This document shows positions 36,218-47,896 of a stretch of DNA of 64,000 bases, piece by piece. Every line of letters starts with the position of its first letter. Within the stretch, counting starts at the first letter, position 1. The position numbers were made by a program, and so were the translations under genes. Below the pieces are notes generated by a model. It was not told the origin of the DNA. It did no database searches and worked only from the letters and a program-made list of their open reading frames with translations. This stretch comes from Torpedo marmorata (Eukaryota), in the NCBI GenBank assembly GCA_977017645.1, contig OZ360221.1, forward strand, positions 270,444,001 through 270,508,000, in the 5' to 3' direction.

Positions 36218-36795
36218 TATCACGTCGATGTGGTGCAGGGAGACCCCAGTGATCCTCTCTGCCACTCTTATGATCCTGTGGATTGACCTCCAATCTGATG
36301 CTCTACAGCAATCATACCGCACACTGATGCAGCCGGCCAGGACGCTCTCGACAGAGCTCCTGTAGAAAATTGACAGGATGGTGCCCGCCTCAGTCTTCTC
36401 AGGAAGAACCTTCCTTACAAGTGAGGAGATGTTGTGTGTCACTTCTTAAGTGGGGTCCAAAGAACTTGGTGCTCTCCACTCTCTCCACTATGGAGTTATT
36501 GTTGTGTAGTTGAGGGTGGTCATACCTCCTGAAGTCTGCGATCATCTCCTTCGCCTTGTCCACGTTGAGACTCATGCACAATCACGGGATTTTCCACCTC
36601 TTCTCTGTAGTGCGACTCATCGTTGTTGGTGATGAGGCCAACTACTGTTGTGTCATCTGCAAACTTGATGACACTGTTGGAGCTGGATCTGGCGATGCAG
36701 TCGTGGGTCAGTAGCGTGAACAGGAGCGGCTGAGCACACAGCCCTGAGGTGCGCCAGTGCTCAGCGTGATGGTGCTCGATGTTCTGCTGCCTGTG
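36218..36795 (-). mobile_element. Rex1/Babar RT fragment
   Basis: PLLFTLLTHDC..IKFADDTTVVGLI..YREEV; FYRSSVESVLAGCISV. Confidence 0.88.
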
Positions 36796-37074
36796 TGACA
36801 CAGCCTGACTTCTTAATGCTGAGGCCTCACTATTGCCTCAACGGATATCTACATGATCCAGCAAACCTGTGAGGTGCCAATTGATCTGCACCAGGTGCAT
36901 GTGGTTGTGAGGAGAGCACATTTGGCCATTTTGAATGTGAGCTGAGTCCAGTAAGAACCAATCTAAAACATCCTTAGCAGTTTTCCTGAAGGTGGTACTA
37001 GGTCATGACTTGCAATTTTTCTTAGCTACATGCAAGAAAACCAATGATTAAAAACAAAAAAAATCTGGAACATT

Positions 37075-37305
37075 TTACTGAGTGTCCATGGATTTGCCTC
37101 CATCGTTCCTGCAGTCTCTGCAGCTGCACAGAGCCCCGTTCTCACCATCGACAACCCGAGCTTCAGATTCAAATCTCCAACATGATCAGGAAACCTTCAG
37201 CACCCAAAGCACTTTGGGAACCCTTCTTGTCCTCAGCACCCTCTCAAATCCTGGTTCCAATACCTGGTTCCCATGAGCCAGTCTCCAGCAGCCCACAGCC
37301 TGTTT
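37075..37305 (-). mobile_element. Internal fragment of the GC-rich non-autonomous element
   Basis: GAGTGTCCATGGATTTGCCTCCA..GAGCCAGTCTCCAGCAGCCCACAGCC. Confidence 0.7.
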
Positions 37306-37321
37306 TGTGTGAGTGCTTTGA

Positions 37322-37357
<36 letters not shown>

Positions 37358-37402
37358 TTATTTATAAATAATATATTTTATATAATATCTATATATATAT
37401 AC

Positions 37403-38304
37403 TGTTACAAATTCAAACCAGCAACGACAGAAGACGCAATGCAAAAGGGGCAAAATTGAAATTACTATTTATTAAACACAATTAAACATATAATTTCACA
37501 ACAATTAACCCCACTATAAACGTCTATAAACACTATTCTTATCTAAAAGGTGTGTGTGTGTGTGTGTGTGTAAAGCCCAGACCATTACAGTCTGTGCCCA
37601 ACCCTTATGTAAAAATGGAAAAACTTTCCCCAAAAACCCCAGGTCAGTCATAAAAAACAAGTCAGTCAAAAAAAAAAGGATAACACAGTCTACAAAATTC
37701 ACTCTCTAAGTTCAGGCTTCAACTTCAGCTCTGTGTCTGGTAGAAGTACTTCTGAATGAACGTTGGAGAGAGACAATGACTGTTTATGCTTACAAATACT
37801 TGTTTTCTTCTCTGATGACGTCCCCTTCTGGTATGTTCATAAGGATTGCAAGTTCAGATCAGTATACCACTGATTTAGGCGTATGCTTGAATCTCACAGC
37901 TAGTCTCGCTGATCTCACGCCTGTTCTCCACAGAAGTTGCTTTTTCTCAGAATTTCTCTGAGACAGGAGGCCATGTGCTATTCTGCCTGTCTTTTCTCTC
38001 TGGCTGTGCACTCTAGCCTTCGCAACTTACAACTGTCTGCTTTTCCTGCAGAAATCTGCACCTGCTTTTTGCAAAAGTGAAACAAATGTATCTTGTCCAC
38101 AGTCTGTCTCTCTCTCTCTGGTCTCTCTCTGTCTGGGTACACCAAAAGTGCAACAATGTATCTTGTCCACAGCTTGTCTCTCTCTCTCTCTCTCTGTCTG
38201 GGTACACCAAGTCCTGGGGAAGTTAACTCTTTCAGTACCTGGCCCCAGTGTATACTCCAAAAGACTTCATCCTTCCTGCTGACCATCCGCAGTCCAAATA
38301 GTCA
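37403..38304 (-). mobile_element. Probable LTR, truncated by the gap
   Basis: The minus strand ends AATAAA...TGTAACA. Internal ~60-bp direct duplication (38086-38143, 38155-38210). The other terminus is not visible. Confidence 0.45.
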
Positions 38305-38454
38305 NNNNNNNNNNNNNNNNNNNNNNNNNNNNNNNNNNNNNNNNNNNNNNNNNNNNNNNNNNNNNNNNNNNNNNNNNNNNNNNNNNNNNNNNNNNNNNNN
38401 NNNNNNNNNNNNNNNNNNNNNNNNNNNNNNNNNNNNNNNNNNNNNNNNNNNNNN
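38305..38454. other. Assembly gap (150 N)
   Basis: N run. Confidence 1.
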
Positions 38455-38589
38455 ATATAATATCTATATATATATATAAATAAGTAAACAGAAAAGCACA
38501 CTACTCACATGTGCCCGACAAGCTTGTTTCGTGGATCTTTACTTATTTATTTAGCTCCACATTACGTGTTGAGCACTATTTTATAGTGA

Positions 38590-38899
38590 NNNNNNNNNNN
38601 NNNNNNNNNNNNNNNNNNNNNNNNNNNNNNNNNNNNNNNNNNNNNNNNNNNNNNNNNNNNNNNNNNNNNNNNNNNNNNNNNNNNNNNNNNNNNNNNNNNN
38701 NNNNNNNNNNNNNNNNNNNNNNNNNNNNNNNNNNNNNNNNNNNNNNNNNNNNNNNNNNNNNNNNNNNNNNNNNNNNNNNNNNNNNNNNNNNNNNNNNNNN
38801 NNNNNNNNNNNNNNNNNNNNNNNNNNNNNNNNNNNNNNNNNNNNNNNNNNNNNNNNNNNNNNNNNNNNNNNNNNNNNNNNNNNNNNNNNNNNNNNNNNN
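38590..38899. other. Assembly gap (310 N)
   Basis: N run. Confidence 1.
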
Positions 38900-39856
38900 A
38901 TATATTTTATATAATATCTATATATATATACACACACACACATAGAAAAAGAGAGAGAAAAAGAGAGAAAACAAAGAGGACAGTTAGAAAGAGAGAGAAA
39001 AGATGCAAAATATAGGACTAAGGGATATTTTCTGCAGTTCTGGCTGTGAGTGGAGAAAGGAAAACAGCCAATTTTACAAGTGGATGACTTATAGTAGAAA
39101 TGGTCAGTTCTGTACCAACAGAGAAAGTGAATTAGACTGAAGTTGAAGATTTCAGTATTGAGTGCAGAAGACTGCAAGTTAAAAAAAAACGCTGCAATGT
39201 TCTTTTGAAATATTCAAGACTTTTCTTGGAGAGTACAGCATGTCCTAAAGCTTCATTTGATTTATACTCAATACCAACCCACTTACGGTAAATTAAACCA
39301 GTGACAAACATTGCCTCAGGGCAATAATTGCTGAAACAAACTTAATGAAATGCAATAATTTTATGATTATTCATTTAGCTAAATAACTGAAAAATTCATT
39401 CATTTATTAAATTGTATTCATATCAAGAAAATGATTTGTTTCTTTGTAGGAAATATGCAATACATCAGAAAATATTTTAAAATTAATTGTATATCTGTTA
39501 TAATGAACATTGGTATAAAAAAAACAAAGTTAATTTATTTTTTTCTAATGCATGGCAATCACAAGGCAATATATAAAAAAACATACCCAGGAGCAATTTA
39601 GTTGATCTAATACAGATATCTGACCTTCAATAATGAAGTGACAACTGTTTGCATAGTGAAGAATTTTTAATGGTACATAAACTGTGATTTTTTTTACAAC
39701 CACTCTGTGCAGGAGATTAAAACTAGTTTCTTATTGTCTCTGTGTTTTATAGTTACATGAATTTACACGAATTAAGAGAATTTCTACTAATAAGCCCAGA
39801 AGCTGCTTTTACTACAGATAGGATTTGTCAAAGTAGACAGTAGCTTCGAAGTAGAA

Positions 39857-40666
39857 GTAAATCACGAAAATCTGTAGACACCGTGGTTGAAGTAAAAAAC
39901 ACAAAATGCTGGAGAAGGTCAAACAGTTTCCTTTATGTAGCAAAGGTAGAAATACATAACTGACATTTCGGGCCTGAGCCCTTCATCAAGGTATGAGAAA
40001 ATGCCGGCAGGCGTCCGAACAAAAGGGTAGGGGGGGAGGGGGGTGGCAAAGGCAGGAGATGATAGGTGGATGAGGGGAAGGAGGGGACAGCAGCAATGAG
40101 GGGAAAGAGGGATGGCTGGGTAGGTAAGGGGGAAGGGAGAGGAGAACTGGAAAGACAGGAAAGGGGGAGGGGAAAGAAAAGACGAGCAGGTTTAGTAGAA
40201 GGCAGAGAAATCCATGTTAATGCCATCTGGCTGGAGAGTGCCAGACGGAAGATAAGGTGATGTTCCTCCAATCTGCGGGTGGTCAGGGTGGGATAGTACA
40301 TAAGGCCATGGACAGACACGTGAGTCTGGAATTGTGACCCAGAATTGAAATGGTTGGCTACTGGGAGGTCGCTGTGGTTGCGGACGGAGAGGAGGTGCTC
40401 GGCGAAGTGATTTCCCAATCTGCGACCGGTCTCTCCGATGTAGAGAACGCCACAAAGGGAGCACCAGATGCAGTAAATGAGTCCTGCGGATATACAAGTG
40501 AAGTGTTGCTTCACTTGAAAGGCCTGCTTGGGGCCCCGAACCTATCCTTCCCCCCGCCCCCCCAGCACCTTCCCCTATGGCCGCAGGAGGTGCAACACTT
40601 GCGCCCACACCTCCTCCCTCACGACGGTCCGGGGCCCTAAACAGGCCTTTCAAGTGAAGCAACACA
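39857..40666 (-). mobile_element. Neptune-type PLE (GIY-YIG and pLTR) with an inverted 5' segment at about 40540-40666
   Basis: LIYCIWCSLCGVLYIGETGRRLGNHFAEHL..VANHF; ~36-bp inverted duplication at 40503-40538 and 40630-40665. Confidence 0.9.
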
Positions 40667-40669
40667 TCA

Positions 40670-41512
40670 TTAATTACCATTAATTGGTAGTGCAAAAAAA
40701 AACTGTACACAGCGTATACATGTAAACAAATAAAGAACTGTAAACAGATAATGAATGTAAACAAACCGACTGTGCGATACAGAGAGAATAAAAAAGAAAA
40801 TCAATAAAGTTCACAAGTAAGAGTCCTTAAATGAGACCCTGATTGAGTTTGTTGTTGAGGAGTCTGATGGTGGAGGGGTAGCAGCTGTTCCTGAACCTGA
40901 TGGTGCGAGTCTTGTGGCACCTATACCTCTTTCCTGATGGCAGCAGCGAGGACAGTGTGCCTGCTGGGTGGGGTTGATCCCTGATGATTGCTGCTGCTCT
41001 CCGACGGCAGCGTTCCCTGTAGATGTACTCAATAGTAGGAAGGGTTTTGCCTGTGATGTCCTGGACTGTGTCCACTACCTTTTAGAGGGCTTTAAGCTCA
41101 GGGGTATTGGTGTCCCTATACCAGACCGTGATGCAGCTGGTTAGCACACTTTCCACCACACTTCTGTAGAAATTTGCCAGGGTTTCTGGTGTCACACCAA
41201 ACTTCCGCAAACTCCTGAGGAAGTAGAGGCGCTGACGTGCTTTCTTCACGATGCCATTGGTGTTTTGGGTCCAGGAAAGATCCTCCGAGATAGTGACTCC
41301 CAAGAACTTAAATTTGCTCACCCTCTCCACCTCTGATCCCCCAATGATCACTGGATTGTATACCTCTGGCTTTCCATTCCTGAAGTCAACAATCAGCTCC
41401 TTAGTCTTGGTGACATTGAGTGTGAGGTTGTTGTTGCTGCACCATTCAGCCAGGTTTTCAATCTCCCTCCTGTATGCTGACTCATCCCCTTCGTTTATAC
41501 AACCCACTACCG
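40670..41512 (-). mobile_element. Rex1/Babar third subfamily
   Basis: ORFs 41082..41507 and 40827..41075 carry Rex1 RT C-terminal motifs. Confidence 0.9.
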
Positions 41513-41514
41513 TG

Positions 41515-42300
41515 GATCCCTCCTAAATCCTTCCCCTCTAATCTATGCCCTCTAGTTCTAGAGACATCTACCCTGGGACTGTAAGCATTCACTTTACCTA
41601 TGCCCTTTGTGATTTTGTAAACCTCTTTCACATCACCCCCTCAATCACCCGGTCAATGTCTGGGAAGTCAAAGTCTCCCAGTAATACTACAATATTATTC
41701 TTACACCTATCTGCCATTTCCCAATGCACTTCCAATTCCCGTTGACTCTTTGTGGGCCAATAATACAGCCCCATCAAAGCAATCATTCCCTTCTTGTTTC
41801 TAAGTTCAACCCATGTAGTTTCACTAAACAATCTTCTAAGAAATTCCTCTCTAACCACTGTTATGTCTTCCCTTATCAAAAATTCAATCCCCTGTCCTCT
41901 CTTACCTGTGTGCCTGTAGCATTTGTTTCCTGGATCAACGAGCTGCCAGTCTTGCCCTTCTCTCAGTCATGTTTCTGTTATGGCTATAATATCCTGGTTT
42001 CCTGAGCCATTCCACACCCTGAGTTCATCTGTCTTACTTGTTACACCTCTTGTATTGAAATAAATGCAATTTAAACCACGGGTCTTTCTGCATATTTTGC
42101 TGTCCTCCTGCTATCCTGTCCACTACACTTGCTCTCTTTGAGTACAATATTAGCCCCAACTTTTCATCTGCCTCATCTCTGCTCTGAGCCTCAGCCCCCT
42201 GCAAATCCAGTTTAGACGTTCCCGAGAAGCCCCTCCAGTTCAGATGAAACCAATCCCATTTGCCCAGTTCACCTCTTCTCTCTATGGGATCCCAATGGTC
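41515..42300 (-). mobile_element. Decayed CR1 (APE endonuclease start and ORF1 end)
   Basis: WVELRNKKG..MGLYY.P..VVLLGDFDFPDID; WDWFHLNWRG. Confidence 0.75.
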
Positions 42301-42496
42301 TATAGTTCTCATTGCTGGTATGGAAGTGGAATGCTATTGAATGTATGTATGATGTGGCAAGGTGTTACAGAAACCATTGTGGGGGCAGGTATCAGGATTG
42401 CTGAGTAACTTTTCAGATGTCTGGAGTGGTCTGGAAGTGCCCTACAGTAATCCACAGTGAGGGCTATCTATCTGCCGTGCCATTCGCTGTTACATA

Positions 42497-42698
42497 CAGT
42501 AAAATCCCTGTTATCCAAAATTCAAGCAACCGGCAAAACAATTGCAGAAAATAAATGGGTAAAACTACAGAAGTTTAAAATTGCCGCGCATCACCGTTAG
42601 TTCTCCATTCACGCTACACGCAGTTTCAACCAACCGGAAAACTTGCTTATCTGGCATCTACCAATCCCTGTGGGTGCCGGATACGAGGGGTTTTAGTG
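42497..42698. mobile_element. MITE copy 4
   Basis: TA|CAGTAAAATCCCTG ... GGGGTTTTAGTG|TA. Confidence 0.85.
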
Positions 42699-42861
42699 TA
42701 CCGGTACTTCACAATCTGGCAACTATGCAAGAGCAGCTCCTGTGCAGAAGTTCGCACAGGCTGAAGGAGGAGCAGGTAGGATAGAGGGGGGAGTGGGGGG
42801 AAGGAAGGGGAAGGAAGAGGAAAGAAGTACAAGGCAGGAGGTGATGTTTGAATTTTTAAAT

Positions 42862-43325
42862 TTTATTTACAGCACGGTAGAAGCTGATTCTGGCCATTTA
42901 ACCCATGCCACCCAATTACACCCAATTAACCTACAACAGCACCAATAGCCTGAATACGACTGGGTTTGTCTGATCTCGGAAGCTAAGCAGGCACAGGACT
43001 GGTCAGTACTTGGAGGGGAGACCGCCAAGGAACACCAGGTGCTGCAGGTTTTTGTGAGGGGCGCTGGACAAAGTAGCGACTCTCTGTCTGCCTTACGGTA
43101 GACAGAAATTAAAGAATTTCATGTATGTTACATTCTAAATGTAGTATTACGTGACAATAATGGAACCTTTACCTTTTTTATCTTTACCCTGTACATTTTT
43201 GAAGGGTGGGAGGAAACCGGAGCACTCGGGGAAAACCCACACAGACACGGGGAGAACGTACAAACTCCTTACAGACAGCGCGGGATTCGAACCCGGGTCG
43301 CTGGCGCTGTAACAGCGTCGCTCTA
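42862..43325 (-). mobile_element. V-domain tRNA SINE split by a 5S-SINE
   Basis: CCCAATTAACCTACAAC (ends 42937) resumes as CCCTGTAC..GAAGGGTGGGAGGAAACCGG near 43187. Confidence 0.85.
42939..43186 (+). mobile_element. 5S rRNA-derived SINE, copy 2
   Basis: GTCTGATCTCGGAAGCTAAGCAGG..GGTCAGTACTTGGAGGGGAGACCGCC..GGAACACCAGGTGCTG; same start and body as copy 1; ACCTTT tail. Confidence 0.9.
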
Positions 43326-44029
43326 CCAGTACGATGAGGTGCTTTATTTGGATTTCAGCCAGGGTGTGTCTCATCTCCCACAATTCAGATGAGAATGCCA
43401 GACCACAGAGTAGTAGTCTGTGAGACGAGGAGTAGTCCACACCTGTGTACAGCAAGACCTGTTTAAGAACCCCACCTGGGCTGTAAAGTGAAAAATAACA
43501 ATGACCAGCTCCAAGAAGAAGTCAGATCATGTTTCTCCAGCATCACAGAATCTATTCCCCAGAATTTATGAATCTCCCTTTGACCTGTGATGTCACTAAC
43601 GTTGCAGAATCCCTTCCATCACCGTCGCAGGTACCAGAAGCTCACCTGTACCAGTCACTTAATGACTGTATATGTAAGAAAATGTCAGTGACTGGTATCC
43701 TGACCAAGGGACACAATGCCCCACTTTACAAACCCTTTTCACCACAGACAAGCCATGAATCATTTGTTAACTTCCCTTTACCATTAAGTATCGCAGTGTC
43801 GTCGAGCTCAAATTCTGTATCCAATGGCCAACTAAATCAACATGTCAAATCATGTTATCCATTCAATCAAGCTCAGAAACGTACAGTTGTTGTCTAATCC
43901 TTCCGCAAAGGCTTTTGCCCAGATGCCTAAGCCTATTCACTCCCAGTGACAACAAGCAAGTTGGTGGAAGAAAACTCCGTTTAAGTGTAGCAGGCTTTAA
44001 ATTACATTTCTTTGGACTGTATCATTGCC

Positions 44030-44702
44030 GTGAGGCCCGGGGGGATCATTCTCCATTGACCATAGACGGCTCTACCGTTGAGGTTGTAAAGAGTATCAAG
44101 TTTCTTGGAGTGCACTTGGCGGAGAGTCTCAGCTGGTCCCTCAACACCAGTTCCATAGTCAAGAAAGCCCAGCAGCGTCTTTACTTCCTGCGAAGACTGA
44201 GGAAAGTTAATCTCCCACCCCCTATCCTTACTACATTCTACAGGGGATGTATTGAGAGTATTCTGAGCAATTTCATCACCGCTTGGTTTGGAAACTGTAC
44301 CATCTCGGACCGAAAGACCCTGCAGAGGATAGTGGGGTCAGCGGAGAAAATTATTGGTGTCTCTCTCCCCACCATGACGGACATCTACAACACATGATTC
44401 ATGAGGAAGGCTAAAAACATTGTGAAGGACTTCTCACACCACTTTGGTAAACTTTTTTCCCTTTTGCCATCTGGAAGGAGGTACCGAAGCACTCGGGCTC
44501 GTACGTCCAGATTGTGCAACAGTTTTTTCCCCCAAGCCATCAGGCTCCTCAATTTCTAGATATATATGTGTGTTAGCATGTTATAGTTTTTCTATTGTAT
44601 TATGATATTTATGTGCATCTGCCCATGGTCCTGGAGAAACGCTATCTCATCTTACTGTGTATATGGTAATGAATGACAAATAAAGGTGACTTGACTTGAC
44701 TT
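44030..44702 (+). mobile_element. Rex1/Babar second subfamily
   Basis: IKFLGVHL..KKAQQRLYFLRRLRK..FYRGCIESILS; (GACTT)n tail. Confidence 0.9.
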
Positions 44703-44744
44703 AATTAACTGTCTGGGCCAGCTAGCTGGCAGGCAATGGCAATG

Positions 44745-45352
44745 CAAAGGCTAAAGGTTCCTTTTATTGTCATGTAATAATACATAAAAATGTAATATAC
44801 ATGATATACTTCAACTTTTGTCCATTGTAAGGCAAACAGAGTCACCATGAGCGTTGCCTGCCGCCCCTAATAATAAGAGAAAGAGAAGCAAAAGAGAGTC
44901 CCTTCAGAGTCACTGAGTGTCCGTGGATTCGCCTCCAGCGCTCCCGCAGCCCGCACAGACTCCTGTTCAAACCATTGGCAACCTGAGCTCAGATCCAAAC
45001 CTCCGATACGATCAGAAAGCCTGCAGCCCCAGAGGCCTCCTGGAGCACTTCTTGCCCTCTGCACTCTCTCGAATCCCAGTTCCGATATCTGGTTCCCAAG
45101 AGCCAGTGTCCAGCAGTCCCCAGCCTGTGTGGGTTCTTCGACTGCAAGTCACCAGCAGCCCGCAGGCTGTGTGAGTCCTTCGACTGCAAGTTGCCGACCT
45201 TCAGCCGCTCAGCCCCTCGCTGGTCTGCTGCCGTGGTCACCTTCCCTGTCGGGTCATTTCCCATATTTCTCCTCGTCAACAGGAGGTGTGCTCCCTGTTT
45301 CTGGTACCCTGCTGCTCCCCCATTATAGCAGCTCTGGCAGTATCGCCATTTT
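44745..45352 (-). mobile_element. GC-rich non-autonomous element with ACCTTT-type tail
   Basis: The minus strand starts AAAATGGCG; body as the 20915 family; 3' ~120 bp match the 5S-SINE body. Confidence 0.75.
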
Positions 45353-45545
45353 ATTTTATGCCAATATATTTTGCTCCGAACATCCAGTTCAGATAGTGAC
45401 TTATTTGGTTGTTGTTGAAGACTTTATCTGGGACATTGTTATTTCATTGAGTTCTCTGTCGTGCCTCACTATTAAATGAGGTTTATCCATAGGATCTTTT
45501 TATTGGTGATTTCTGAGATTTGTGACCTGATATTGGCATTCCATT

Positions 45546-45790
45546 GGGCGGCACGGTTGGCGTTAGCGGTTAGCGCAATGCCTTTACAGCGCCAGCGATC
45601 GGGTCCGGGGTTCAAATCCCGCGCTGTCTGTAAGGAGTTTATACGTTCTCCCTGTCTCTGCGTGGGTTTCCCCGGGGGCTCTGGTTTCCTCGCACCGTTC
45701 GAAATGTACCGGGGGTGTAGGTTAATTGGGTGTAAATTGGGCAGCACGGACTCGTGGGCCGAAATGGCTTAACCCTAACCCGAATGTCTA
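45546..45790 (+). mobile_element. Full-length V-domain tRNA SINE
   Basis: GGGCGGCACGGTTGGCGTTAGCGGTTAGC (A box), GGTTCAAATCC (B box), V domain and a GGGCCGAAATGGC CR1-like tail. Confidence 0.9.
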
Positions 45791-46156
45791 AATTTTTTTT
45801 TTAAATTAAAAATTTAAATCCATGACAACACAATGGGTCAACATAACGGAATTGCTGAGGGTGGATCGACATGGAATTTCTGGATGAGTGTTGATAAAAG
45901 AATTAAGCGATTTGTTTTATCCCGATAGGGGATACATTTTATAAACTTGAGGAAGATTGGAGTGCCCTTTGAAGTATTGTGGACTGGTTTATGTATGTCC
46001 AAATCTGAATCTCGATTGACATGTGGTCAATAATTCTTCCAGAAAGCAGTTTACAAAAAACAAGTTTAAATTTCCTGTGGTTTCCAAAACACACACACAA
46101 ATCCTTCCAGACAATAATTAACAGAAAATATTTAAGTATGCCAGTTTTATTGTAAC

Positions 46157-47003
46157 TAAAAAACAGAAATGCTGGAGAAACTCAGCAGGTCAAACAGTGT
46201 CCTTTATGTAGCAAAGGTAGAAATACATAACCGACGTTTCGGGCTTGAGCCCTTCATCAAAGTATGAGAAAATGCCGGCAGGCGTCCGAACAAAAGAGTA
46301 AGGGGGGGAAGGGGGGGTGGCAAAGGCAGGAGATGATAGGCGGAGAAAGAAGGGAGAGGACAGCAGCAAAGAGGGGGAGGAGGGATGGCTGAGTGGGTGG
46401 AAAAACTAGAAGGACAGGGAAGGGGGGAGGGGAAGGAAAAGGCGAGCAGGTTTAGTGGAAAGCAGAAAAGTCAATGTTAATGCCACCTGGCTGGAGAGTG
46501 CCCAGACGGAAAATGAGATGTTGTTCCTCCAATTTGCGGGTAGTCTGGGTGGGATAGTACATGAGGCCATGGACAGACATGTGAGTCTGGGAGTGTGTCT
46601 CGGAATTGAAATGGTTGGCTACTGGGAGGTCGCTGTTATTGAGGACAGAGAGGAGGTGCTCAGCAAAGCGATCTCCCAATCTACGGCCGGTCTCTCCGAT
46701 GTAGAGAAAGCCACAAAGGGAGCACCGGATGCAGTAAATAAGTTCTCTGGATGTACAAGCGACGTGCTGCTTCACTTGAAAGGACTGTTTGGGGCCCTGG
46801 ACCGTGGTGAGGGAGGAGGTGTGGGCGCAAGTGTGGCACCTCCTGCGGGCACAGGGGAAGGTGCCGGGGGTGCGATGGGTGGGGAGGGATGAGTGCACGA
46901 GGGAATCGCGGAGAGAGCGGTCCCTGCGGAAGGCCAATAGGGGAGGAGAAGTAAAAATGTGTCTGGTGGTGGGATCCTGTAGTAAGTGCCGGAAATTCCA
47001 GCT
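46157..47003 (-). mobile_element. Neptune-type PLE, 5'-truncated, with an open Cys linker plus GIY-YIG frame (46452..46937) and pLTR
   Basis: PCARRRCHTC..C..LIYCIRCSLCGFLYIGETGRRLGDRFAEHL..VANHF..RKLEEQHLIFRLGTLQPGGIN. Confidence 0.93.
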
Positions 47004-47056
47004 GATAATATTATAATTTGAAACAAAATAAAGTTTGATTCCATTGCAAGGGCCAA

Positions 47057-47896
47057 TATCACAGACGGCAATGAGGAAGCGTACAGGAGAGAGATAGATC
47101 AGCTAGTTGAGTGGTGTCACAACAACAACCTTGCACTCAATGTTAGCAAAGCTAAGGAACTGATTGTGGACTTCAGGAAGGGGAAATCAGGAGAACACGA
47201 ACCAGTCCTCATTGAGGGGTCAGCGGTGGAAAGGGTTAAGAAATTCAAATTCCTGGGTGTCAATATTGCTGAAGATCTATCCTGGGGCCTTCATGAAAAT
47301 GCAATCATCATGATCATGAAGAAGGCTCGCCAGTGACTATACTTCGTTCAGAGTTTGTGAAGATTTGGTATGTCACCAGACTCTTGCAAATTTCTACACG
47401 TTTACCGTGGAGAGCATTCTGACTGGTTACATCACTGTCTGGTATGGAGGTGCCAATGCACAAGACAGGAAAAGGCTGCAGAGAGTTGTGAACTCGGCCA
47501 GCATCATCATTGACATTATTCTTCACTCCATTAAGGACATCTACAAGAGGCGGTGACTCAAGAAAGCAGCCTCTATCCTCAAGGACCCCCACCACCCAGG
47601 CCATGCCCTCTCCTCACTGCTACCATCAGGAAGGAGATACTGGAGCCTGAAGACGAACACTCAGCGGTACAAAAACAGGTTCTTCCCCTCTGCCATCAGA
47701 TTTCTGAATGGACAATGAACCACAGACACGACCTCACTTTCTCCTCTTCTTTTGCACTAATTTATTTATTTTTAAATAGTGTATTTACGGAAATGTAATT
47801 TATCACAATTTTGAACCAGCATTGCACAATAATGCTGCCGCAAAACAACAAATTTTGTGACACATGTTCATGACAATAAATTCTGATTCTGATTCT
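47057..47896 (+). mobile_element. Rex1/Babar LINE, 5'-truncated
   Basis: Homologous to 20065-20865; (ATTCTG)n tail. Confidence 0.9.

Noticed and set aside
38093-39177. ORFs containing X runs
   Set aside because: Artefacts of the N gaps.
42939-43052. 5S rRNA gene (also 13830-13943)
   Set aside because: The 5' end is truncated and diverged, both copies run into the same non-5S body and tail, and one is inserted in another SINE. These are SINEs.
45546-45630. tRNA gene
   Set aside because: A and B boxes are followed by a V domain and LINE-like tail, there are six dispersed copies, and no convincing cloverleaf forms.
45769-45781. Telomeric TAACCC repeat
   Set aside because: Only two units, at a SINE tail.
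46452-46937. Stand-alone GIY-YIG nuclease gene or prokaryote-like RT-nuclease system
   Set aside because: It is the C-terminal domain of a truncated Penelope-like element, present in several decayed copies with pLTRs.
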